DNA of 57,206 nt from Candidatus Woesearchaeota archaeon. Lineage in GTDB: Archaea; Nanobdellota; Nanobdellia; Woesearchaeales; UBA10216. Positions 47,418-57,206 of this stretch are shown piece after piece. Under the pieces are notes generated by a model. It saw only the letters and a program-made list of their open reading frames with translations, ran no database searches and had not been told where the DNA came from. The translations under genes were made by a program, and so were the position numbers. The DNA lies in the NCBI GenBank assembly GCA_016180105.1, contig JACPBZ010000026.1:1-57206 (forward strand), in the 5' to 3' direction. The first letter of the stretch is position 1, and the number at the start of each line of letters is the position of its first letter.

Positions 47418-49512
47418 ATGGCAAAAAAAGCTGAGCTGGCTTCAGGGGAGAAAATCCTTGTGACGGCGGCATTGCCGTATGCCAACGGCCCCATTCATCT
47501 TGGGCATCTGGTTGAGTACGTCCAGGCAGATGTGTTCGTGAGGTTCCTTAGGCTTTCAGGAAAGGATGTGGTTTTTCTCTGCGCTGATGACACCCACGGG
47601 ACTCCCATTGAGATTGCGGCCTCGAAGCAGAACATTACTCCTGAGCAGCTCATTGCGAAGTATTATGAGGAGCATCAGGCTGATTTTGCGGCGTTTGGCA
47701 TCAGGTTTGACGTTTACCATTCAACAAACAGCCCTGAGAACAAGCATTACAGCGACCTTTTCTTTAGGAAGCTGACTGATAAGCGCCTGATTTACGAGAG
47801 GCTGATTAAGCTGACATACTGCGATAGTTGCAAGCGCTTCCTTCCTGACCGGTATGTCAGGGGCAAATGCCCGAAGTGTGGTGCTGATGACCAGTATGGC
47901 GACCAGTGCGAGAAGTGCAATGCGACTTACCAGCCTGTTGACCTTGTTGAGCCGAAGTGCGCGATTTGCGGCTCTCTTCCGGTCAGGAAGCAGTCTGTGC
48001 ATTACTTCTTCAAGCTAAGCGATTTCTCGGCCAAGTTGACGGAGTGGCTTGACGCGAATCATATCCAGGATGATGTCCGGCATTTTGTCGAGGGCTGGAT
48101 AAGGTCAGGCCTTCAGGATTGGGATATTTCCCGCGATGGCCCATACTTCGGCTTCAGGATTCCGGGTGAGACGAACAAGTACTATTATGTTTGGCTTGAC
48201 GCTCCCATTGGCTATATCGCCGCGACTGAGAAGTACGTGAAGGATGCTGGCGGAAGCAATGCCGTTGACGCTTACTGGCAGAATCCCAACGCGAGAATTA
48301 TCCACTTTATCGGCAAGGACATTACGCAGTTCCACTTGCTTTTCTGGCCTGCAATCCTTATGGGAGCCGGCTTCAGGCTGCCGTCGGACATCATTGTCCA
48401 CGGTCACCTTACTATCAATGGCGAGAAGATGTCAAAGTCCCGTGGCAATTTTCTTGTGGCTCGCGATTACCTTGCTGCGCCAGCGCACGATCCTGAATTC
48501 CTCAGGTTTTATTACGCTTCCCATCTCGTGAAACAGCGACCTTGTTGGGAACTTGGCAAATTTTGTGCACCGCACCTTGGTGTTCATCAATAACAACTTT
48601 GATTCCAGGCTTGGCAGCCTGGGCAGTGATGAGAAGTTCTTTTTGCAGCAGCTGCAGCCAAAATACGATTCTATTGTCCGGCATTACTCCGAGTACGATT
48701 TCAAGGATGCCGTGAAGGAGCTTCTTGAGCTTAGCAGTACGGGAAACAGGTATTTTCAGGAAAACCAGCCCTGGCAGCTAGTGAAGGCTGACAGGAAAAA
48801 ATGCCATAAAATCGTGACTGTTGCAGCGAACATAGTTAAGGACCTTATGCTGCTTTGCTATCCGATTTTGCCCGGTTATTCGGAGAAGGTTTTGAGGCTT
48901 TTTGGCTTTAGCGATTTTGCAAGGCTTGGCCTTGGCGAGCTTGGCAAGGCTGTTTCGGTGGAACGGATTGGCCAGTCAAGGATTATCTTCGCGCCCATTG
49001 AGGAAACAATTTCGATTGCGGAAATTTTTCCGGCCGTTCTTAGGGTGGGCCGGGTTGAAAGTGTTGAGGACCATCCGAATGCGGACAAGCTTTACGTCCT
49101 GAAGGTCAATCTCGGCGGCAGCGGTGGTAAGCCTAAGATAATCCAGCTGGTTGCTGGTTTGCGGCAGCATTACGGGAGAGATGAGCTTCTTGGAAGGAAA
49201 ATAGTTGTTGTCTCGAACCTGAAGCACGCGAAGCTTCGCGGCTATGAGAGCGAAGGGATGCTTCTCGCGGCAGATGATGGGAAGAAAGTTGTTCTTGTTT
49301 CGCCTGTGGATTCCCAGCCTGGAGACTTGGTGTTTCCAGAGGGCTCTGATGCTGATAAGATTGCATCATCCAGGAAGCAGCTGGCCATTGACGGGTTTTA
49401 CAGGCTTGGCTTGAAAGTGAGGGATGAGAGGGTGATGTTCGGGCTTAAGTCTTTGAGGACTGCAAGGGAAGTCATCCCTGTTGATGCTGCCGATGATGCC
49501 GTGGTTAGGTAA
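47418..49512 (+). CDS. metG: methionyl-tRNA synthetase with C-terminal tRNA-binding OB domain, frameshifted at about 48530
   Basis: PYANGPIHLGH, Zn knuckles, YVWLDAPIGY, KMSKS; NSDLVGNLANFVHR..HPNADKL..ESEGMLLAA in the next frame. Confidence 0.95.
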
Positions 49513-49572
49513 ATTTTTCTTCAAAAAGTTTCACCAAAAACTATTTAAACTTGTTTGGCAAGTTTGAAGTTC

Positions 49573-50169
49573 ATGGGGAAGGGCAACAAGGACGCTGTCA
49601 GTGTTGGGAATTCTGTGGGGAATGGTGCCAAGGTTGATGTTGTGACTGGTGAGCTGTGCCCTGTGTGCAGTCAAAAATCCCTTGCATTGTCTGAGAGGGA
49701 GCAGGAGATTCCGTATTTTGGCAAGGTCCTGATTTTTTCGATGACCTGCAACGGCTGCAAGTTTCACAAGGCTGATGTGGAGTGCGTTGAGGAGCGCGAG
49801 CCCGCAAGGTATTCGATTGAGGTGTCCGGTTCAGAGGATATGGCGATTCGCGTGGTGAAGTCGGGCCAGGCCAGCGTGAAGATTCCTTACGTTGCTGATA
49901 TTGAGCCTGGAGAAGCCTCAAACGGTTACGTCACGAATATAGAGGGCCTTCTTCAGCGGGTCAAGCATCAGGTTGAGGTCATCAGGGATACTGATGAGGA
50001 TGATGCTGCTGTCCAGAAGGCCAAGAGCCTGATTAAGAAAATCAACAGGTGCGTGTGGGGCGAGGAGAAGCTCAAGATAATCATTGAGGATGCTACTGGC
50101 AACAGCGCGATAATAAGCGACAAGGTGGTTGTGCAGAAGCTTGCCGGGAAAGTGAAGTCTGCACAGTAA
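49573..50169 (+). CDS. ZPR1 zinc-finger protein
   Basis: CPVC..IPYFG..CNGC, IRVVKS, TNIEG, IEDATGNSAI. Confidence 0.92.
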   Translation: MGKGNKDAVSVGNSVGNGAKVDVVTGELCPVCSQKSLALSEREQEIPYFGKVLIFSMTCNGCKFHKADVECVEEREPARYSIEVSGSEDMAIRVVKSGQASVKIPYVADIEPGEASNGYVTNIEGLLQRVKHQVEVIRDTDEDDAAVQKAKSLIKKINRCVWGEEKLKIIIEDATGNSAIISDKVVVQKLAGKVKSAQ

Positions 50170-50201
50170 GTTATTAAATCCTTGGCTGTTCCTTGTTTTC
50201 T

Positions 50202-50897
50202 ATGCCTGTGTTTGGAGTCATTGGTGCAATGGATGCGGAGATTAAGCTTCTTCTTAAGAGCGCAAGTGGGATTGAACGGAAAAGATATGCTTCTATGGAT
50301 TTTTATTCAGGGCAGCTTGGAGGCAAAAGCGTCGTAATTGTCAAATGCGGCGTTGGCAAGGTCAATGCGGCTGCGTGTGCGCAGTCGCTGATTTCAGTTT
50401 TTGGAGTTGGGCAGGTTCTGTTTACCGGTGTTGCCGGGGCTGTTTCAGGTCGGCTTGGGATTGGCGATGTTGTTGTTTCTGAGGATTGCGTCCAGCACGA
50501 CGTTGATGCGACAGCTTTGGGCTATAAGCCTGGCCAGATTTGCTTTACTGATTTCCGCTTTTTTAAGGCTGACAGGAAACTTGTCAACGCGGTTTGCTCT
50601 GCAGCAAGGAGCCTTGGCATTAGATGTGCCAAGGGTCGCATCCTGACGGGGGATAAGTTTGTGACTGGCGCAGCTGAGTTAAGCAAGCTTAGGGAAGCCT
50701 TTGGCGGCGACTGCATTGAGATGGAGGGCGCGGCAGTGGCCCACGTTTGCTCACTGAATAAAGTGCCTTTTGTGATTATCCGTTCAATATCAGACAAGGC
50801 AGACCATTCTGCGCCGGTTGATTTTCGGAAGTTCGTGGAGAAATCCGCTGCAGTTTCTTCTTCCATTGTTCAGGATGTGCTGAGGAGGGTTGGCTGA
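50202..50897 (+). CDS. mtnN: MTA/SAH nucleosidase
   Basis: GVIGAMDAE, GVGKVNAA, EMEGAAVA, IRSISDKAD. Confidence 0.93.
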   Translation: MPVFGVIGAMDAEIKLLLKSASGIERKRYASMDFYSGQLGGKSVVIVKCGVGKVNAAACAQSLISVFGVGQVLFTGVAGAVSGRLGIGDVVVSEDCVQHDVDATALGYKPGQICFTDFRFFKADRKLVNAVCSAARSLGIRCAKGRILTGDKFVTGAAELSKLREAFGGDCIEMEGAAVAHVCSLNKVPFVIIRSISDKADHSAPVDFRKFVEKSAAVSSSIVQDVLRRVG

Positions 50898-51283
50898 AAA
50901 TTGACCTTGTTGCGGGCATTGAAAGCAGGGGCTTTATCTTTGGGGGCGCTTTGGCCAGCAGGCTTCACGTGGGCTTTGTCCCAATCAGGAAGGAAGGCAA
51001 GCTTCCTTCAGCAACTGAGCGGGAGAGTTATGTGCTTGAATACGGCACTGCAGCCATTGAGGTCCACGTTGATGCGATACAACGGGGGGCAAGTGTGCTG
51101 CTTGTTGATGACCTTGTCGCCACAGGGGGAACCCTTGTTGCCGCAGTCAGCCTTATCAGGCGGCTTGGTGGGAAGGTAGCTGAATGTGCTGTTGTCATAG
51201 AGCTTCCGGGTCTTCACGGAAGGGAAAAGCTTGAGAAGCTTGGGTGCGGTGTTTTCTCGCTTGCCGTGTTTGAAGGGGACTAG
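50897..51283 (+). pseudogene. apt: adenine phosphoribosyltransferase lacking its N-terminal part
   Basis: KIDLVAGIESRGFIFG..IRKEGKLP..LEYG..VLLVDDLVATGGT; no start codon or N-terminus after mtnN. Confidence 0.85.
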
Positions 51284-51939
51284 GCATTGTCCTCGATAAG
51301 CTCCTGCATTGACGCGTATGCCCGCATGGCATCCTTCTTTTGGAATATCAGGGTGAGTTCGGTTGCTGTCGTCACCATCTCGAATATGTTTATGTTGTCC
51401 CAGTAAAGCTTTCTAGTGACTGCAAACAGTATGCCTGGCGTGTAGAGGAAATCCTTTTCGAGGGCCATTGACACGGAGACCAGGCTTCTTTCTGTTGTCG
51501 TCACGTTTTCCTGGCCGATTGCCGCGATTGCTTTTTTTTCGTTTTTGTCGTCAGCAATTATGGAGACTTCGTGGTTTCCGTGGATTACGTTGAATGTGTC
51601 GCCTGCCTCGTAGTTCACTGTCCTGTGGAGGTTTTCCAGCCTCCTGAAAAGCTGTGGGGTTCTTTTCATTGAGAGGTAAGCAAGCCCTGTTTTAAGTATT
51701 AGCTGGGCATGGGGGCTGAGCCTGACTTCCCTGACGTCCTTTTCGTGGAGGCTTTCGCCGTGTCTCCGGAGAGCCATTATTACCGCGGCGGTTTTCACTT
51801 CCTTGCCGAGGTGTTGCCGCACGTTGGGCATTATGTTCTCCGCGAGCGCGGCGTAGTTCACGATTCCCTGCCTCAAGCCTTCCTGAAATAGCGGCTTTTC
51901 AGCCACGAGCTTTTTGACAACTGCGCTTACCGTTACCAT
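51280..51939 (-). CDS. HTH plus ACT-like amino-acid-binding regulator
   Basis: GIVNYAALA..AVIMALRR, TPGILF..NINIFEMVTTATELT; divergent from lysC. Confidence 0.7.
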   Translation of the reverse strand: MVTVSAVVKKLVAEKPLFQEGLRQGIVNYAALAENIMPNVRQHLGKEVKTAAVIMALRRHGESLHEKDVREVRLSPHAQLILKTGLAYLSMKRTPQLFRRLENLHRTVNYEAGDTFNVIHGNHEVSIIADDKNEKKAIAAIGQENVTTTERSLVSVSMALEKDFLYTPGILFAVTRKLYWDNINIFEMVTTATELTLIFQKKDAMRAYASMQELIEDNA

Positions 51940-51953
51940 AAGCGGGAAACTAA

Positions 51954-51990
51954 ATAACATCTTTATTTAAATTTTGTTATCCAAATAACA
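51954..51990. promoter_or_regulatory. putative operator of the lysine operon regulator
   Basis: TGTTAT-N4-ATAACA at 51975-51990 plus a third ATAACA half-site at 51954. Confidence 0.5.
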
Positions 51991-52079
51991 TTAAGTTTAA
52001 CTATGCCCTGCCGTTGGTTCCAAAATAAGCTTTATATATTGTCGAAAGTTGGGACTTTTTTCAGGGTTGGGTGCAATCG

Positions 52080-53477
52080 ATGATAGTGATGAAGTTTGGC
52101 GGGACGTCTGTAGGCAGTGCTGAAAGCATAACTGCCATTGTCGGGATAGTTGCGTCCTTCTCCAAGTCGGGCAAGAGCCCGTTTGTTGTTGTTTCTGCTG
52201 TTTCCGGAGTCACTGATCTTCTCCTTGCCTCAGCGAGAAAAGCGCTTGAGAAGGGGGTATTGGTGGGTGAATTGGTCAAGGGAATCAGGGATAAGCATAG
52301 CCTGCTTGCCAGGCAGCTCGGGGTCCCTGAAGAGGTTTATTTTGCAGAGTTGACGGAGCTTGAGCACGTTCTGTTTGGCGTTTCGCTCGTGCGGGAGCTT
52401 ACTCCTCGTACCACTGACCGTATCGCGTCTTTTGGCGAAAGGGTTTCTGCAAGGATTGTGGCAGCTTTTGCCAGGAATAATGGGCTTAATGCGCGGGCGT
52501 TTGATGCTTATGATCTCGGGATGGTTACGGATGGCTCTTTTGGAAATGCTGAAATCCTTCCCGCTACCCAGGCCCTTATCAGGAAAGCCGTGAAAGGCAT
52601 TCCCCGGGGGGTAATTCCGGTCGTCACTGGCTTTATTGGCCGGACTGGGGATGGCGACATAACAACGCTTGGAAGGGGAGGAAGTGACTACTCTGCCTCA
52701 ATTTACGGCGCTGCCCTTGGGGCCGAGGAAATCCAGATTTGGACAGACGTGGATGGCGTGATGACTGCTGACCCGAGGATGGTTCCGGACGCGAGGACTG
52801 TTGGCGTCGTCTCTTTTGAGGAGGCTAGCGAACTTGCTTATTTTGGGGCGAAGGTGCTTCATCCAAAGACGATTATCCCCGCAATGGAGAAGGACATTCC
52901 TGTTAGGGTGCTGAACACGTTCAATCCTTCAGGAAAGGGGACAACGATTTTGAGGACTGTTTCCCGGGATGGAAGCATTACGGCAATTACCTCCAAGAAG
53001 AATATTCTTGTGATTAACATCAACTCGGCAAGGATGCTCCTCGCTTATGGCTTTATGGAGAAGGTCTTCAGCCTCTTCAGCGAGTACAGGATTTCTGTTG
53101 ACATGATTGCCACTTCAGAGGTTAACGTGACAGTGACCCTTGAGAGAAAGTATGATGTTTCGGGGCTTGTTGAAAGGCTGAAGGAATTCGCGAACGTGAC
53201 TGTCCTTCCTGGAAGGGCATCAATCAGCGTGGTGGGCGAGGGTGCAAGGTCAAGGCCTGGAACAGGCGCAAGGATTTTTTCCGTTCTTGGCCGGGAGGGA
53301 ATTAATGTTGAAATGACTTCGCAGAGCTACAATGACGTTGGCGTCAGTGTTGTTGTCAGGGAGGAGTCCCTCAATGAGGCTGTTTTGGCGCTGCACGGCG
53401 AATTTTTTGGTGGCGTTCAGGGAAAGAGGGCCGTGAAGGCCGCGCATCGAGGCAAGGTCAAATTTACCAGGGGGTGA
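52080..53477 (+). CDS. lysC: aspartate kinase
   Basis: VMKFGGTSVG, TTLGRGGSDYSA, WTDVDG, GAKVLHP, two ACT domains. Confidence 0.96.
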   Translation: MIVMKFGGTSVGSAESITAIVGIVASFSKSGKSPFVVVSAVSGVTDLLLASARKALEKGVLVGELVKGIRDKHSLLARQLGVPEEVYFAELTELEHVLFGVSLVRELTPRTTDRIASFGERVSARIVAAFARNNGLNARAFDAYDLGMVTDGSFGNAEILPATQALIRKAVKGIPRGVIPVVTGFIGRTGDGDITTLGRGGSDYSASIYGAALGAEEIQIWTDVDGVMTADPRMVPDARTVGVVSFEEASELAYFGAKVLHPKTIIPAMEKDIPVRVLNTFNPSGKGTTILRTVSRDGSITAITSKKNILVININSARMLLAYGFMEKVFSLFSEYRISVDMIATSEVNVTVTLERKYDVSGLVERLKEFANVTVLPGRASISVVGEGARSRPGTGARIFSVLGREGINVEMTSQSYNDVGVSVVVREESLNEAVLALHGEFFGGVQGKRAVKAAHRGKVKFTRG

Positions 53478-53483
53478 AGTTTT

Positions 53484-54374
53484 ATGGCAAATATCAGGAT
53501 TGAGGGTGCAATAACTGCAATGGTGACTCCGTTCACGCCATCGGGTGAGCTTGACCTTGATGGCTTGAAGAGGAATGTCAGGTTTCAGGTTGAAAGCGGC
53601 ATTTCCGGCTTGGTGCCATTGGGAACAACTGGTGAGAGCCCTACCATAAGCGACGCTGAGCGGGAGGCTGTGATTAAGACTGTTGTTGCGGCTGCTGGAG
53701 GAAAGGTTCCTGTGATAGTTGGCACTGGCACTAATTCGACTGAGCACTCGATTGAGCTGTCAAGGCAGGCTGAGGAGCTTGGCGCTGACGCTGTTCTTGT
53801 TGTTTCGCCTTACTACAACAAGCCTACCCAGGAGGGCCTTTACAGGCACTTCAAGGCAATTGCCGAGTCAATTGGCATTCCTGTTGTTGTTTACAACATT
53901 CAGGGAAGGACTGGCGTGAATATTGAGACTTCTACCTTGGCGAGGCTTGCCCAGGTGCCAAACATAATCGCTGTCAAGGAGGCTTCCGGAAATCTTGCCC
54001 AGATGATGGATGTGCTGGAGCAGCTTCCCAAGACGTTTAGCGTGGTTAGCGGCGATGACAACCTCACGCTGCCCCTGATGGCGCTGGGCGGGAGGGGGGT
54101 CATTTCGGTGGTGAGCAATTTGCTTCCGAGGCAGGTTAGCGACCTTTGTGCTGCAGCTTCAAGGGGAGATTTTTCCACAGCGCGAAAAATTCATTTCGAG
54201 TTACTGCCCATATTCAAGGCCGCTTTCATAGAGACAAACCCGATTCCGATAAAGGCCGCAATGGGCATTGCCGGCCTTCCGTCTGGGCCGGTTAGGCTGC
54301 CCCTGTGCGAGATGCAGCCGGCAAATCTTGAAAAGCTCAAGGCTGTCTTGGGCAAGATGAGGTTGGTAAAATGA
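53484..54374 (+). CDS. dapA: 4-hydroxy-tetrahydrodipicolinate synthase
   Basis: GTTGES, PYYNKP, YNIQGRTG, KEASG, ETNPIPIK. Confidence 0.97.
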   Translation: MANIRIEGAITAMVTPFTPSGELDLDGLKRNVRFQVESGISGLVPLGTTGESPTISDAEREAVIKTVVAAAGGKVPVIVGTGTNSTEHSIELSRQAEELGADAVLVVSPYYNKPTQEGLYRHFKAIAESIGIPVVVYNIQGRTGVNIETSTLARLAQVPNIIAVKEASGNLAQMMDVLEQLPKTFSVVSGDDNLTLPLMALGGRGVISVVSNLLPRQVSDLCAAASRGDFSTARKIHFELLPIFKAAFIETNPIPIKAAMGIAGLPSGPVRLPLCEMQPANLEKLKAVLGKMRLVK

Positions 54375-55120
54375 AGATAGCGCTGATTGGCTATGGTAAG
54401 ATGGGAAAGGAAGTTGAAAGAGCTGCGAAAATGCGCGGCCACTCAGTCTGCGCCATTATTGACCCTTCAAATGCTGGTGCAACGCATAAGGATGTTGGTG
54501 ACGGAAGTTGCCTCAAGGATGCTGAAGTGGTTATTGATTTCACTGTTCCTGCTGCCGTTCTCGGCAACATAAAAAAAGTCTCGGCCGCGAAAAAGAACCT
54601 GGTCATTGGAACGACAGGATGGTACGATGGGATGACTGAGGCGAAGCAGCTTGTCGGCCAGGCTGGGACTGGGCTGATATACAGCTCGAATTTTTCAGTT
54701 GGGGTGAACGTTTTTTACAGGGTTGTGGAGGCGGCTGCACGGCTGGTTAACAAGGTTCCTGAATATGACGTGTTTGGCTATGAGCTTCATCACAACCAAA
54801 AGCTTGACAGTCCTTCCGGGACTGCGAAGAGCATTGCTGAGCTGCTTGTGAAGAACATCGGCAGGAAGAAGCAGGTGCAGTATGACAGGCTTGATAGGAG
54901 AATAAATTCGGATGAGATTCACTTTGCGAGTGTTCGCTCAGGCTGGATTCCAGGCACTCACGTCGTGGGTTTTGACAGCGAGGCTGACACGATTGAGCTG
55001 AAGCACACAGCCAGAAGCAGGTCTGGCTTTGCCCTGGGTGCCGTTATGGCGGCTGAGTGGCTTAAGGGAAGGAAGGGATTTTTCACGATGAATGATTTCA
55101 TAAGCGACTTTTTCAGGTGA
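54371..55120 (+). CDS. dapB: 4-hydroxy-tetrahydrodipicolinate reductase
   Basis: GYGKMG, IGTTGW, ELHHNQKLDSPSGTA. Confidence 0.96.
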   Translation: MKIALIGYGKMGKEVERAAKMRGHSVCAIIDPSNAGATHKDVGDGSCLKDAEVVIDFTVPAAVLGNIKKVSAAKKNLVIGTTGWYDGMTEAKQLVGQAGTGLIYSSNFSVGVNVFYRVVEAAARLVNKVPEYDVFGYELHHNQKLDSPSGTAKSIAELLVKNIGRKKQVQYDRLDRRINSDEIHFASVRSGWIPGTHVVGFDSEADTIELKHTARSRSGFALGAVMAAEWLKGRKGFFTMNDFISDFFR

Positions 55121-55195
55121 TTGTTGGCAAAAGCCATAAGCAGCAGCAATATTTTAATACTAGTGATAGCGGCTGTCGACGAAGAAGTGAGAAAA

Positions 55196-56266
55196 ATGCA
55201 AAAGCTGAAGGTTGGGGTTTTGGGCGCTACCGGGATGGTTGGCCAGCGCTTTGTGCAGCTTCTTGAAGGACATCCCTGGTTTGAGGTAGCCTATGTTGCC
55301 GCTTCAGAGGCTTCTGCCGGGAAAAGTTATGCTGCGGCCGTTGAGGGCAGGTGGCACAACGCAACAAAAATTCCAGAACTGGTTGGAAAGCTCATAGTAG
55401 GCAATGTTGCTGATGTTGATGCAGCATTGAAGTCCTGCAGCTTTGTCTTTTCAGCGCTTGAGACCGATGCTGCGAAAATTTTCGAGGAGAAGTATGCCGA
55501 AGCCGGGCTTCCGGTTGTTTCAAATGCTTCTGCCCATAGGCACACCCGGGATGTTCCAATGGTGATGCCTGAAATCAATCCTGAGCACCTTGACATAATA
55601 CCGCAGCAGCGTAAGAGCCGAGGCTGGAAAAAGGGCTTCATTGTCGTCAAGCCTAACTGCTCAATCCAGTCTTATATGGCTCCGCTTTTCGCATTGAGGA
55701 AATTTGGAATTAAGCAGGTTATCGTGACCACGATGCAGGCAATCAGTGGGGCTGGCCATCCTGGCGTTGCCTCCCTTGACATCATTGACAATGTTATTCC
55801 TCTCATAAAGGGCGAGGAGGAAAAGACAGAGACCGAGCCTTTGAAGATTTTCGGCAAGGTATCAGGCAGTGAGATAGTTTATGATGGCAGCATTAAAATC
55901 TCTGCCCACTGCAACCGTGTTCCCGTAATTGATGGCCATATGGCTTGCGTTTCTGTTTCGTTTGAAAAGAAGCCTTCAAGGCAGCAGGTGATGGATGCCT
56001 GGAAAAATTTCAAGGCTGCTCCCCAAGAGCTCAAGCTGCCTATGGCCCCTGCACAGCCCATTATTTACACTGATGACGCTGCCAGGCCGCAGACAAGGCT
56101 TGACCGCGATAATGACAAGGGTATGGCAACTACCGTGGGCCGCCTGAGGGACTGCAATGTCCTTGACTACCGGTTCGTGGGCTTGTCTCATAACATTATT
56201 CGCGGTGCTGCTGGCGGCGCCATACTCACGGCAGAGCTTCTGAAGGCGAAGGGGATGCTTCAGTGA
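55196..56266 (+). CDS. asd: aspartate-semialdehyde dehydrogenase
   Basis: GATGMVGQ, PNCS, QAISGAG, RVPVIDGH, HNIIRGAAG. Confidence 0.96.
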   Translation: MQKLKVGVLGATGMVGQRFVQLLEGHPWFEVAYVAASEASAGKSYAAAVEGRWHNATKIPELVGKLIVGNVADVDAALKSCSFVFSALETDAAKIFEEKYAEAGLPVVSNASAHRHTRDVPMVMPEINPEHLDIIPQQRKSRGWKKGFIVVKPNCSIQSYMAPLFALRKFGIKQVIVTTMQAISGAGHPGVASLDIIDNVIPLIKGEEEKTETEPLKIFGKVSGSEIVYDGSIKISAHCNRVPVIDGHMACVSVSFEKKPSRQQVMDAWKNFKAAPQELKLPMAPAQPIIYTDDAARPQTRLDRDNDKGMATTVGRLRDCNVLDYRFVGLSHNIIRGAAGGAILTAELLKAKGMLQ

Positions 56267-56272
56267 GCCTTG

Positions 56273-57206
56273 ATGCAAATCCCGCCTTACCTGTTTGCCG
56301 AGATTAGCAAGAAGATTGAGGTCGCGAAAAAGTCTGGCGTTGACGTCATTAGCCTGGGCATTGGCGACCCTGACCTTCCAACGCCAAGGCACGTAATCGA
56401 GGAGCTTGGGCGCGCAGCCAATGACCCGAAGAACCACCAGTATCCTGATTATGAGGGCCTTTTGTCATTCAGGGAAGCTGTGGCTTCCTGGTATAAGAGG
56501 AGGCATAATGTCAGCCTTGACCCGGTCAGCGAGGTTCTGACGCTGATTGGCTCGAAGGAGGGCAGCCTGCATCTTTCCCTTGCGTTCATTGACCCTGGCG
56601 ATTGCGCCCTTGTCCCAAATCCGTGTTATACGCCTTACAGGACTGGCACTATCTTGGCAAATGGCCGGGTGTGTGACCTTCCGCTTCTTGAGGCGAACAA
56701 TTTCCTGCCGGACCTTAATCATTTTTCGAAATGCTCGTCGTGCATTCACAAGAAGCCAAAAGTTCTTTACCTGAGCTATCCAAATAATCCTACGAGCGCG
56801 GTTGCCAGCAGGGATTTCTACAAGGAAGTGGTTGACTTTGCGAAGGACAAGGGCGTGATTGTTTGCTCGGATAATCCTTACAGTGAGATTGCATTTGATG
56901 GCTACAAGCCCCTGAGCTTCCTTGAGGTTCCCGGTGCAAAGGATGTTGGCGTGGAGTTTAATTCGCTTTCAAAGCCTTATAACATGACTGGCTGGAGGGT
57001 TGGAATGGCGGTCGGGAATTCCGAGCTTGTCTCTGCAATGGCTACTGTTAAGAACAATGTTGATTCCGGGGTTTTCAACGCAGTCCAGTATGCGGGTATT
57101 GCAGCGCTTAACACTCCTGATTCGCACATAGATAACCTTAACAGGATTTACCAGAAGAGGCGGGACCTTGTTTTTGAGACTCTGACCTCTGTGGGAATCC
57201 GCGTGA
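56273..57206 (+). CDS. dapL: LL-diaminopimelate aminotransferase (runs off the window)
   Basis: Hand translation: IPPYLFAEI..ISLGIGDPDLPTP..LIGSKEG..YPNNPT..SLSKPYNMTGWRVG; located in the dap operon. Confidence 0.88.
   Translation, partial: MQIPPYLFAEISKKIEVAKKSGVDVISLGIGDPDLPTPRHVIEELGRAANDPKNHQYPDYEGLLSFREAVASWYKRRHNVSLDPVSEVLTLIGSKEGSLHLSLAFIDPGDCALVPNPCYTPYRTGTILANGRVCDLPLLEANNFLPDLNHFSKCSSCIHKKPKVLYLSYPNNPTSAVASRDFYKEVVDFAKDKGVIVCSDNPYSEIAFDGYKPLSFLEVPGAKDVGVEFNSLSKPYNMTGWRVGMAVGNSELVSAMATVKNNVDSGVFNAVQYAGIAALNTPDSHIDNLNRIYQKRRDLVFETLTSVGIRV

Overview
Archaeal chromosomal segment, most likely from a DPANN (Woesearchaeota-like) genome. This assignment is inferred from gene content, not from a search. 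Housekeeping blocks: rpl15e, PGI/PMI, Rad50-like ATPase, the rpoH-B''-B'-A'-A''-L30e-nusA-S12 operon, Lhr plus metallophosphoesterase, psmA-SBDS-rrp4-rrp41-rrp42-rpoK, bud32, metG, ZPR1, mtnN-apt and a DAP-lysine operon (lysC-dapA-dapB-asd-dapL). There are also several large exported or Cys-rich surface proteins and two AT-richer toxin-antitoxin islets. Five tRNA genes are present; four (Tyr, Asp, Lys, Gln) carry a non-canonical intron at the same T-loop position 59/60. The most unusual signals are four. (1) A promoter-associated ~73-nt RNA just upstream of tRNA-Asp that folds like 5S rRNA but lacks helices IV/V. (2) A family of small modular palindromes found both intergenically and in-frame inside genes. 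(3) 38/16-bp direct repeats that bracket individual defence-gene cassettes. (4) A shared [ILV]-[TQ]-G-x-[AI]-[VI] motif in unrelated surface proteins. About eight deletion-type lesions, including ones in essential rpoA1 and metG, suggest collapsed scaffold gaps, so short or truncated features need checking against reads.
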